Part shown: positions 29,063 through 38,542 of the stretch, piece after piece | Layout of the letters: each line of letters starts with the position of its first letter | Position numbering within the stretch: the stretch's first letter is position 1 | Origin: a virus | IMG/VR virus record: IMGVR_UViG_3300025888_000011 | Location: 77,153 to 141,152 of that record | Reading direction: 5' to 3' (one strand) | DNA length: 64,000 nt | Position numbers and translations under genes: made by a program | The notes under the pieces: generated by a model | What the model was told of the DNA's origin: nothing | Databases searched by the model: none | What the model saw: the letters and a program-made list of their open reading frames with translations, nothing else

Positions 29063-30394
29063 ATGGTGGTGTTTATGCCTAAGTTTTCACCTGAACAAAT
29101 AGGAAATATGAAAGTGTGGATATCAGCAGACTCATTAAATTTAACAAGTGGAGCATCTGTCTCTACTTGGCAAGATAAAAGTGGTAATAGCTTAAACTTT
29201 CTACAACCAACAGTATCAAGACAACCCATTTTCGTATCTAATGTTCTAAATGGAAAACCTGTAGTAAGATTTACTGCTTCCACAACACAGACAATGACGT
29301 TAGCATATACATTTTCAAATCCTTGCACTATATTTTATGTTGCAAAACAAAATGGTGTAACGAATGCAAGATTATTGGCAGGATTATCTAATAATTGGTT
29401 GTTAGGGTTTCATAGTGGAGGAAGACAAAGAGCATACTATGAAGGATGGACTTCTGTCTCAACAGGCAACCCTCTTTCTACAACTATTCCTTATATTTAT
29501 GGTTGTACAATACAAGGAGGAGCAATCGCTTCAAAGTCTTATGAAAATGGAACAATATTTGCAAATAGTACAGCAGGAGTGACTGCACCCAATGGATTTT
29601 CATTAAATGGGCATTTATCGTCCTCAGAGTTTTCTGATGGAGATATAGCAGAATTAATAGTTTATAATTCAGTTTTATCGGATGTTGAGAGACAAAAAGT
29701 TGAAACATATTTAGCATATAAATATAACATCTTAGTAGCCACATATGCTTATCCAAATACAATTGGTGATTTTACAGATGTAGATATTTACCCGTCTAAG
29801 ACATGGTATCAGTCAACAAATGATGTTAACATCAACGCTAAATTTAAACATGTATTGAATAAAAACGTTAAATATAAAGTGAAAGTTAATACCTATGAAA
29901 GCATTTATTCTGATTACGTTACTGCTATTAATACAGAATATCCATTTAGTGTTCAAATTCCCAACAGTAGTTTAAATATAGGTATTAACACTTTAACGCT
30001 ATACATAAAAGACACAGATGAAATCGAACAAGGATATGATTTTAATATTACAAAAGAAGATAGAGACACGTTGTCTTTTATTAGAATAGGTAATTATAAA
30101 TCAGAATGGAATTCAAATAATAATTTATTGAAAATAACTAGTGACGGATTAAGACTTGTGAAAGACGGAGTAGATATAATTACTACAAATGATTATTCTC
30201 ATATAAATACATTAGGAAAAAGACAAATGAATTCAATAACTGTTGATTGTACAGATGATTTTGTTGGAAGCATTGATATTATTAATGATTCAACAAAAAT
30301 TAACTCTTTATCAGATGGGAATATATGGCAGTATAGAATAGATATGAGTAGGTTTAATAAAATTAATGGATTTATAGTACAAAGAAAAGATTAA
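29063..30394 (+). CDS. Adhesin cassette 1 gene A: LamG/concanavalin-like domain protein
   Basis: W.DKSGN..P..LNGKPVVRF and GDIAELIVYNSVLSDVERQKVETYLAYKY; C-terminus paralogous to 33803. Confidence 0.7.
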   Translation: MVVFMPKFSPEQIGNMKVWISADSLNLTSGASVSTWQDKSGNSLNFLQPTVSRQPIFVSNVLNGKPVVRFTASTTQTMTLAYTFSNPCTIFYVAKQNGVTNARLLAGLSNNWLLGFHSGGRQRAYYEGWTSVSTGNPLSTTIPYIYGCTIQGGAIASKSYENGTIFANSTAGVTAPNGFSLNGHLSSSEFSDGDIAELIVYNSVLSDVERQKVETYLAYKYNILVATYAYPNTIGDFTDVDIYPSKTWYQSTNDVNINAKFKHVLNKNVKYKVKVNTYESIYSDYVTAINTEYPFSVQIPNSSLNIGINTLTLYIKDTDEIEQGYDFNITKEDRDTLSFIRIGNYKSEWNSNNNLLKITSDGLRLVKDGVDIITTNDYSHINTLGKRQMNSITVDCTDDFVGSIDIINDSTKINSLSDGNIWQYRIDMSRFNKINGFIVQRKD

Positions 30395-30410
30395 AGAAAG
30401 TTGGTGAAAA

Positions 30411-32168
30411 ATGGCTGGAATTTTTAAACCTTCCTCAGTAGGAAAAGAAGGAACATGGACTTTAAACGGGGCTGTGGGATACGATGGTTCAACAGGTTAT
30501 CTTTTATTTAATGGAGTACAAGAAAGTTGGAATACATCACCTAGAGCATTTTATTTTTATAATGCAGACCCCACTGTTAATTATATTGATATTACATTAA
30601 ACCAAAAAAGTAGAATATGGTTCTATCCATCAAATGACTACCCTCATTATGTAAATCAATTAAAAATAGATATTTGGGATGGAAGTGCATGGGTTGATAC
30701 AATGAAAAGGACAATTTCACATACCACATCAGACATTCAATGGGTTATTGGGATAGATAGTTTAGAAAAAGGAAGATATAGATTTTCAACGCAAGGACAA
30801 ACATATTATTATTCTATGCATGCAGAGTGGTATATAGAAACTTTAAATAAGGAATATTCTTTTATAAAAGATGATGACAAAATCTATAAAAATAATGGGA
30901 GTAGTTGGGTAGAAACTGATTTAGTTGAGCCATTAACTTATAGTAATTTTGAAACAAGTGGAACTAGTGATTTTACAGGTTTATTTTTATCGAAAAGTAA
31001 GGCGATTATATTAATGAAAAAAGAAAAGGTTTTAGATGATGGATATCAATTTAGATGTAACTTGAATATAGCTAAATATAAAGGAATCAATAAGTTGATT
31101 TTTAGCACAGGAGTTTTTAATTTTGGAACTTACAAAGCTTGGTCTGATGGTACATATGCATCTTCGCCTGAAGAATATATAAGAGTTACAGATGGTATTC
31201 ATCAATACAATGGAGATATTGGGGATGGAATTTATAGGTGTGAATTAAAAGATGATACTAATTACTTCGGTGCATGGACAATATATCAAACTGCCATAAA
31301 TTCAGAAGTGGTGGATGTAGCATCAAAATATATAAAGTTAAAATCGACTGCATGGTGTGGGTCTTTTCCTGCAATAGTATTTGAGGGGCAATATACATTA
31401 ACTTTTGAATATAAAGGGAATGGAACATTTAATATTGACAATGATGGGACAGATGATAATATGTACAATAAAGAAATAACTGCGAATGCTACTTGGCAAA
31501 CATATACAGCAACTCAAACACATAGTATTTCGGGAAGTATCATTTTGTATTTAAGAAACAACACATCAACGTTAACTGAAATTAAAAATATAACTCTAAA
31601 AAGAAAATCTATGATAGTAGATATATATTCTGATATGACAAGAGACCAAGGTGGATGGGCATTAGTTACTAACACAGGGGCTAAGAATACATTGACAACA
31701 ATGGCAACATCAAGTGGAACATTAATAAGTCCAACTCAGTCAACAATGGCTAAGATTTCAGATGGTGCTATTAATATGTTGAGAGGTAGTAATTTAGATA
31801 ATTCCATTGTAAAGCTCGAAAGACCAAATAATCCTACATTTAAAGACTACAATATGTATTTTAGACAAAACACTTTATATACATCTAATTCCCCTAGATA
31901 TGGCACAGCACAAGATGCAAGTAAAACTTTGTATACATATTATACAACATATAATAACTCAGTAAATAAGATAAATAAATACGGTGCAAATTCAACCAAT
32001 TATGGTTCGTCACTTTCCACATGGGAGGGTGGTAGTTTTCCTACAGATACTCCGAATGCTTATTATTACATTATGAATTTTTCTACAGAAGCTTCAATTT
32101 CTAATAATACCTATGAAGGTAGTAGGTCGGAAAGAGGTACACTAGTATGGGTAAAGAAGATTATATAG
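30411..32168 (+). CDS. Adhesin cassette 1 gene B: fibrinogen-like domain with inserted carbohydrate-binding-like module
   Basis: DGIY..IYSDMTRDQGGWALV; C-terminal half paralogous to 35082. Confidence 0.65.
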   Translation: MAGIFKPSSVGKEGTWTLNGAVGYDGSTGYLLFNGVQESWNTSPRAFYFYNADPTVNYIDITLNQKSRIWFYPSNDYPHYVNQLKIDIWDGSAWVDTMKRTISHTTSDIQWVIGIDSLEKGRYRFSTQGQTYYYSMHAEWYIETLNKEYSFIKDDDKIYKNNGSSWVETDLVEPLTYSNFETSGTSDFTGLFLSKSKAIILMKKEKVLDDGYQFRCNLNIAKYKGINKLIFSTGVFNFGTYKAWSDGTYASSPEEYIRVTDGIHQYNGDIGDGIYRCELKDDTNYFGAWTIYQTAINSEVVDVASKYIKLKSTAWCGSFPAIVFEGQYTLTFEYKGNGTFNIDNDGTDDNMYNKEITANATWQTYTATQTHSISGSIILYLRNNTSTLTEIKNITLKRKSMIVDIYSDMTRDQGGWALVTNTGAKNTLTTMATSSGTLISPTQSTMAKISDGAINMLRGSNLDNSIVKLERPNNPTFKDYNMYFRQNTLYTSNSPRYGTAQDASKTLYTYYTTYNNSVNKINKYGANSTNYGSSLSTWEGGSFPTDTPNAYYYIMNFSTEASISNNTYEGSRSERGTLVWVKKII

Positions 32169-32193
32169 CAATTTCAAAAGAGGTGACGGTTTT

Positions 32194-33783
32194 ATGGAAT
32201 ATACTTTATTAAAAAATAAATTAGATAACAAAATTTACACCTTTAATGGAAATAACTTTATTGAAACAAATTTAATAGAGCCATTGACCAAATTAGATTT
32301 TGTAAATAATGGAATAATCAATATAGATATTATAACCGAACTACAATGGAGTGCTTTACCTATAAATGATATCGAGGTTATTGTATGGTCTAATAAAACT
32401 ACAAATGTATACTTGAGTTTAACATCAAAATCAAGTTTTATAACTATAGAAACATTTTCCGACCCACAAATTTTAACTTGGGCAAATACTGGAAAAGATA
32501 TTCAAGTCAAAATTAATGCAGATATAGAAAGTCATATTAAATTAATTATATCTAAAGACAATAGATTTAATTGGTATGGATTTGATGGGAATACCTTTTC
32601 CCCTGTTAGTTTAAATAATATAGCAACGCAAGGGATGACCAAAACACAACTAAATAATATTTCATCAACCCAATGGGATGGATGGTTTGAAAGAGGATAT
32701 TTGGATTTTGCTATCTATATTTCAACACAAAACCCTTTAGATACACCTTTAGTAAGAAGTATTATAGTTGATTTTCCTAAAAACTCTGCTCCAGTGGTAA
32801 ATGATTTTATAATAACTCCCAATGTAATATTTAGAAATAGTATAAACATGAGTGCAAATATTAGAGATTTAGAAGGAGACCCTTTTAGGTATCAAGTATT
32901 GCTAAATGGTAAAAATAGTGGATGGTCAAATTGGTATGACGGGCTTATTGGATGTGCATTATATGAAACATATGAATATACGGAATTTAAATATGGAGAG
33001 AATGAAATAATAATAAAGGTTCAAGATGATAGAGGGGTTGAGTATAGTTCTCCTCCTAAGTTTGTAAAATTAATGAATAATGCACCTATTATTTCTTCTT
33101 TTTTATATGATAATTGGAGTTTAAAAGGAGTTATTGTAGATAGTGATGGAGACGATATAAAATATAGGGTTCTAATAAATGGACTACAAAAATATCCAAT
33201 TACAAACGACCAAACTAGCACAACGTATACAGAGTGGATTACAACTCCTTATGACTTACATTACGAATGGAGTCCATATGATTTAATATTTGGTCAAGCA
33301 AATAAGATAACAGTAGAAATTCAAGATAAAGTTGGAGAAATTTATAAAGTAGATATTACAGATGTTGTAGGAAAATATAGAAACATAATGTTCAAAAGTG
33401 AAGATGGAAAATATCTTACAAATGACATGGGTGAATTGATTAATTGGGGAAATAATATTTATAGTTATTTACAATTTGAAGATATTTGCACAGAAGAAAC
33501 AAGCAAATCAAAAAAAGTAATTATAGAAAATGATTTTGGATATGCAATTGATAATGTAAAAGTTTATGTAAACAATAATTTAAACAATGGATATGAGGTT
33601 CAATTAAGTAAAGACAATAACTTTATAGAAAACGGGAGTGATACCTTAGAGGAGTTATTATTTTCGGATGTATTAAACGATAATGATATAAAAGATTTTT
33701 ATGTTCGTGTAAAAGCAAAAAATGTTATAGAATCTTCAACAAATGAGATTTTTGAATTTGATGTAGTATCTAAAAAAGTATAA
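32194..33783 (+). CDS. Adhesin cassette 1 gene C (Ig-like scaffold)
   Basis: Full-length paralog of 36870 (QWDGWFERGYLDFA). Confidence 0.6.
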   Translation: MEYTLLKNKLDNKIYTFNGNNFIETNLIEPLTKLDFVNNGIINIDIITELQWSALPINDIEVIVWSNKTTNVYLSLTSKSSFITIETFSDPQILTWANTGKDIQVKINADIESHIKLIISKDNRFNWYGFDGNTFSPVSLNNIATQGMTKTQLNNISSTQWDGWFERGYLDFAIYISTQNPLDTPLVRSIIVDFPKNSAPVVNDFIITPNVIFRNSINMSANIRDLEGDPFRYQVLLNGKNSGWSNWYDGLIGCALYETYEYTEFKYGENEIIIKVQDDRGVEYSSPPKFVKLMNNAPIISSFLYDNWSLKGVIVDSDGDDIKYRVLINGLQKYPITNDQTSTTYTEWITTPYDLHYEWSPYDLIFGQANKITVEIQDKVGEIYKVDITDVVGKYRNIMFKSEDGKYLTNDMGELINWGNNIYSYLQFEDICTEETSKSKKVIIENDFGYAIDNVKVYVNNNLNNGYEVQLSKDNNFIENGSDTLEELLFSDVLNDNDIKDFYVRVKAKNVIESSTNEIFEFDVVSKKV

Positions 33784-33802
33784 AAAGGAAGCAGGTGATT
33801 AA

Positions 33803-35065
33803 ATGGCAATCAATAATCCTTATTTTATACGACCAACAATAAATAGTGGATTCATGCAGTTGCCCAATATATCATTGGGCAATGTTTGGACATTTGAATC
33901 ATTATTTCTATATCCATTATCTCCAACTCCTGATTGGAATACATTTATAAGGGGTAGTGTTTCAGACCATCAAATTATTGTACAAAAAACAAATTTGCAC
34001 CTAGGCATGTATGATAGTGTTGGAGGAAGTGGGTTTAATGATACAGGGTTTGTGATGTCCACACTTAGCAATGGATGGCATCATATGGCTTGTGTGGGAG
34101 AAAATAATACACAAAAGTATTATATAGATGGGGTTTTGGTAGGTCAGGTTAATAGACAGTCTAAAAGTGACATAAGAAGTGTTGGTGCTTATTGGGGCAA
34201 TTCACAAACATGGGGTGATTTTGACGAGGTTAGATTGTGGAATATTGCTAGAACTCAAACCCAAATAAAAACATATGTAAATAGATGGTTAATTGGTAAT
34301 GAAACAGGATTGGTCGGGTATTGGAAATGTAATGAGGGTATTGGAGTAACAATTAAGGATGAAACTTCGAATAAAAGAAATGGAATATTACAAGGTTCTA
34401 ATACGTGGGTTATTGGGACATTAAATTTAATAAATAGCGAACTCCATGATATAGATATTGTATCAAGTAACGCTTGGTATGAAAATACCTATAATATAAA
34501 GTTTAACTTAAATTTAGAAGCAAAGTATGGAGTTGCAATCCAATATAAAATACTCATAGACGATATTCAGTTTTATCCTGATTCGGGATTTTCATCTTTA
34601 CTAAATTTGCCCAATAATATAAGTTTTACAATTCCTATATCAAAATTAAAAATTGGAGATAATCTTGTTGTATTTGAAATAAAAAATGAAACTAGTGTAA
34701 CATATAGGTTTGGTGAATATAATATTATAAAAGAAAATAAAGACACTATAAAAATGCAAAGAAAGTTTTTATATTCCAATGAATGGAGTGTGGAAGATAA
34801 TATAAAAATAGATAGCAACGGATTAACATTAAAAAAGTACGGTAACAATGTTGTTGTAACTACAGATTATACTAGAATCAACACAATAGGCAAAAGAAGA
34901 TTATTAAATGTATTTATAGATGGAAGTAGTGATATAAAAAAAGAATCAACATACACAGATAAAATGATAAATAGACACGAAGTTGCTAATGGATACCAAA
35001 GTGAATATAAATTGCAACTTGAAAGATGGACAACTGTTAAAAGCATAGAAGTTCAATCAATATAG
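33803..35065 (+). CDS. Adhesin cassette 2 gene A: LamG domain protein
   Basis: GWHHMA..YYIDG..DEVRLWNIART..GNETGLVGYW. Confidence 0.75.
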   Translation: MAINNPYFIRPTINSGFMQLPNISLGNVWTFESLFLYPLSPTPDWNTFIRGSVSDHQIIVQKTNLHLGMYDSVGGSGFNDTGFVMSTLSNGWHHMACVGENNTQKYYIDGVLVGQVNRQSKSDIRSVGAYWGNSQTWGDFDEVRLWNIARTQTQIKTYVNRWLIGNETGLVGYWKCNEGIGVTIKDETSNKRNGILQGSNTWVIGTLNLINSELHDIDIVSSNAWYENTYNIKFNLNLEAKYGVAIQYKILIDDIQFYPDSGFSSLLNLPNNISFTIPISKLKIGDNLVVFEIKNETSVTYRFGEYNIIKENKDTIKMQRKFLYSNEWSVEDNIKIDSNGLTLKKYGNNVVVTTDYTRINTIGKRRLLNVFIDGSSDIKKESTYTDKMINRHEVANGYQSEYKLQLERWTTVKSIEVQSI

Positions 35066-35081
35066 AAATGTGGTGAGATAA

Positions 35082-36854
35082 ATGGCAAACGAATGGATAT
35101 TTACAAGTTGTGGAAACTCAGGAAGATATGGAGTAAGTCAAGCACAAATAGATTCATCCTATATTGGGACTAATCTTACAGGAAAAGTTACTAGTCAAAG
35201 TGGTATACAAATATGGACTCCTCCATACAATGGACTTTATACAATAGAAGTATGGGGTGCTAGGTCAGGAACACAACCAGAATATGGTGCAGGTGGATAT
35301 GGTTTAGGTAGGAAACTAAAAGGGAATTTTATTTTAAAAAACAGTAAGTCTTTAAAGATTTTAATAGGACAAGTTGGTGGTGATGGTGGAAGTGATTATA
35401 GTGCTGGTGGAGGTGGTGGAACTTTCGTAGCTATAATAGACAACACCCCTCTATGTATTGGTGGAGGAGGAGGAGGTGTAACTTCAGATAGTGCAGGTTC
35501 TAATGGTCAAACAACTACAACAACTCCTGCAAACCCAAATGTTGGTCAAGGTTATACAAACTCTCCCTCTGGTGGTGGAGGTGGTGGATTTTATTCTGAT
35601 GGTTCGGCATCTTTTACTGATGGCGGAGGAAAAGCATTCATCAATGGTGGTTATGGTGGAGTTAATGGAGCTTCTTGTGGCTACGGTGGTTTTGGTGGTG
35701 GAGGCGGTTCTGTTGATGAAGTTGGTTGTGGTGGTGGTGGATATACTGGAGGTCGTCCTACAGACTCGCCCCCATCTGAGGGAGGAGGTTCATTTATTGC
35801 GACTGATTCTCAAAATGCTGTATGGGATTTAGGTTTAAATTCTGATAACGGAAGAGTAATAATAACTCTCTTAAAAGTATTTGAATATAATCTTATACGT
35901 TCAGAAGGAAATATATATACTTTTAAAGATAGTGAATGGATAAATTTAAATATTTCAAGTCCTACTCAAAGTGATTTTGAAAATCAATCAATATCATCAT
36001 TATCGGAAGTATTTAGTCCAATCACAAAAGCTTTTATGCCAATGGATTTCGATAAAAACCTTGAAGATGGATTCTTATGGAGAAAAAAGATTGTTCAAAG
36101 TAAATATAATGGAATTAAAGTATTAAATTGTGGGGAAGTTGTTGTAGCTGATTTTGGAACTTACAAGGCTTGGTCTGATGGTACTTTTGCGACACACGCA
36201 GGAGAATATTTAAATCCAACAAAATCAAATTATAAATATATTGGAGCTATAGGAAGTGGTGTTTATAGAATTCAACCTAGCGAAATAGTTTCACCAATAG
36301 ATGTATATTGTGATATGAATACTTCAAATGATGAAGGTGGATGGATGCTAATATTAAATACAGGCGTAAAAGCAACTTTAACTACAATGACTACCTCATT
36401 TGGGACATCTCCTATATTGACAACACAAACAACTATGTCAAAATTATCTGATGCAAATATTAATTTATTGAGAGGAAGCATTTTAGATAAATCAATAATA
36501 AGATTGGATAGACCTAATAATCCTGCGTTAAAAAGTTATCCTATTTATTTCAGACAAGGTAATCCTTTTACAAGCTATGCAGGGCTTGAAGGAGCACAAG
36601 ATGGAGCAAAAACAATATATTATTATTATACTACATATAATGATTCTAAAAATGGAACAAACAGATATGGAGCAAATTCAACAAATTACGGGTCTGCTTT
36701 GAGTACGTGGGGAGGAACTTTCCCTGCTACTATGCCTAGTGCTTATTATATAATTATGGATTACAGGGCAGAAGGACTTATTTCAAATGATACATATGCA
36801 TATGAAGGAAGCAGGTCTGAACGATGTGCTTTATTATGGGTAAAAAGGATTTAG
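35082..36854 (+). CDS. Adhesin cassette 2 gene B: glycine-rich domain plus fibrinogen-like domain
   Basis: GIQIWT.P..G.YTIEVWGA.SG..GGGGGTFV glycine-rich domain; SGVYRI..VYCDM..GGWMLI. Confidence 0.75.
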   Translation: MANEWIFTSCGNSGRYGVSQAQIDSSYIGTNLTGKVTSQSGIQIWTPPYNGLYTIEVWGARSGTQPEYGAGGYGLGRKLKGNFILKNSKSLKILIGQVGGDGGSDYSAGGGGGTFVAIIDNTPLCIGGGGGGVTSDSAGSNGQTTTTTPANPNVGQGYTNSPSGGGGGGFYSDGSASFTDGGGKAFINGGYGGVNGASCGYGGFGGGGGSVDEVGCGGGGYTGGRPTDSPPSEGGGSFIATDSQNAVWDLGLNSDNGRVIITLLKVFEYNLIRSEGNIYTFKDSEWINLNISSPTQSDFENQSISSLSEVFSPITKAFMPMDFDKNLEDGFLWRKKIVQSKYNGIKVLNCGEVVVADFGTYKAWSDGTFATHAGEYLNPTKSNYKYIGAIGSGVYRIQPSEIVSPIDVYCDMNTSNDEGGWMLILNTGVKATLTTMTTSFGTSPILTTQTTMSKLSDANINLLRGSILDKSIIRLDRPNNPALKSYPIYFRQGNPFTSYAGLEGAQDGAKTIYYYYTTYNDSKNGTNRYGANSTNYGSALSTWGGTFPATMPSAYYIIMDYRAEGLISNDTYAYEGSRSERCALLWVKRI

Positions 36855-36869
36855 AAAGTTGGTGATTAA

Positions 36870-38474
36870 ATGGCGATAAATAAATCTTTAATAATTTCGG
36901 GGGATAGAGTATTAACTTACAATGGTAGTTCATGGATTAATACTGGATTATTAGAGCCACTAACAAAGCAAAATTATATTGATTATGGGATTACCACAAC
37001 AAATATAATTCCTCAAAACAAATGGCAAGAGTTAGACGATTCTTTTGAGATTGTACTTTGGACAGATATGAATATGTCTGCTAAAGTTTTTATAGAAACG
37101 TCTAATTCATATAAACCAATTTATTTACTAAGTGACCCCGATTTATTAAGTTGGTCAAAAGACGATAATGATTTACAAATTACAATTACAGCAGATGTAG
37201 ATAATTGTTCTAAAATATTAGTATCAAAAGACAACCGAAGAAGTTGGTACACATTTAAAGAAGATACATGGACACAAGCTATTTTAAATAATATTCCCTC
37301 CGATGGTATGACAATTGAAAATATTAATGGAATTACAACGAATCAATGGGATGGATGGTTTGAAAGAGGATATTTGGATTTTGCAGTATGGATGCAAAAG
37401 CAAGGGAACTTGGAAGAATATACTTTAAAAAGTATAACGGCTAATTTCCCAGAAAATACACCTCCTTTATTAAATAGCTTTGTAGTTACTCCTGATAACA
37501 TAGGAAGAAACGATATCCAAATTAATATGTCAATGCAAGAGTTAGAGGGAGATAAATTTAGATATAAAATTACTGTAAATAGTAACATTCTTGATAATAT
37601 ATCTAATAATGGGTGGTCTGAATGGTTAAGTGGAGAACAAATACAAAACATTTCAAAAACATATAGTTATTTAGATTTTTTTATAGGAAATAATGATATT
37701 ATAATTACACTTGAAGATGAGAGAGGTAAACAATATATCGCTCCTACAAAAACTATTATAATGGAGAATCAAAATCCGATATTAACAACAATAATTCATG
37801 ATAATTGGAGTATTAGTGGAATAATAGAAGATTTTGATAATGATAAAATTCAATATAGAATATTAATAAATGATATTCAGGTTTATCCTAGTAATTCAGG
37901 AATTATACCTATTTATACTAAATTTTATAGTGTTCCTTATGCTTTAAATTATGAATGGAATAGTGACTCCTTGATATTCAATAAAACAGATAATAAAATT
38001 ACTATAGAAATAAAAGATGAAGTAGGTGGAGTTTACACTATTGATTATTCCAATTTAGTTGGAAAATATAAGAATCTTATGTTTAAAGACATGGATAATA
38101 CTAAGTATTTTACTACAGATAAAGGGCAACTGATTAATTGGTCTTCTAGTCTATTAAGTTATTTAGATTTTGGCATACTAACAGCAGGGCAAGTTACTGA
38201 ACCAGTAAAAATTTTACTTTCAAATGAATTCTCTCGTCCAATAGAGAATGCTCAAGTTTCAGTAAATTTGGATACAGTAGTCGGATATGAAGTACATATT
38301 TCAAAAGATTCGTCATTTAATCCAACAGGAGTAGACACATTAGAAAAATTAACATTCGATGGAGTAATGACAGATGGAGAACAAAAGGAATTCTATTTAA
38401 GAATTAGTACAGATGTTCACACTACATCAGTGGGTGGTACATTTGAATTGGATACAAAATCAGATATTTTATAA
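36870..38474 (+). CDS. Adhesin cassette 2 gene C (Ig-like scaffold)
   Basis: Paralog of 32194. Confidence 0.6.
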   Translation: MAINKSLIISGDRVLTYNGSSWINTGLLEPLTKQNYIDYGITTTNIIPQNKWQELDDSFEIVLWTDMNMSAKVFIETSNSYKPIYLLSDPDLLSWSKDDNDLQITITADVDNCSKILVSKDNRRSWYTFKEDTWTQAILNNIPSDGMTIENINGITTNQWDGWFERGYLDFAVWMQKQGNLEEYTLKSITANFPENTPPLLNSFVVTPDNIGRNDIQINMSMQELEGDKFRYKITVNSNILDNISNNGWSEWLSGEQIQNISKTYSYLDFFIGNNDIIITLEDERGKQYIAPTKTIIMENQNPILTTIIHDNWSISGIIEDFDNDKIQYRILINDIQVYPSNSGIIPIYTKFYSVPYALNYEWNSDSLIFNKTDNKITIEIKDEVGGVYTIDYSNLVGKYKNLMFKDMDNTKYFTTDKGQLINWSSSLLSYLDFGILTAGQVTEPVKILLSNEFSRPIENAQVSVNLDTVVGYEVHISKDSSFNPTGVDTLEKLTFDGVMTDGEQKEFYLRISTDVHTTSVGGTFELDTKSDIL

Positions 38475-38542
38475 ATTTACTAAATAATAAACATAATAAC
38501 TAGAACACTCCAAAACTCAATGCAATGAGGATGTGATAAAAT

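Noticed and set aside
31900-36854. Diversity-generating retroelement (TR/VR pair) between similar 3' ends of 30411 and 35082
   Set aside because: Differences are largely synonymous and not adenine-specific; no reverse transcriptase in the window
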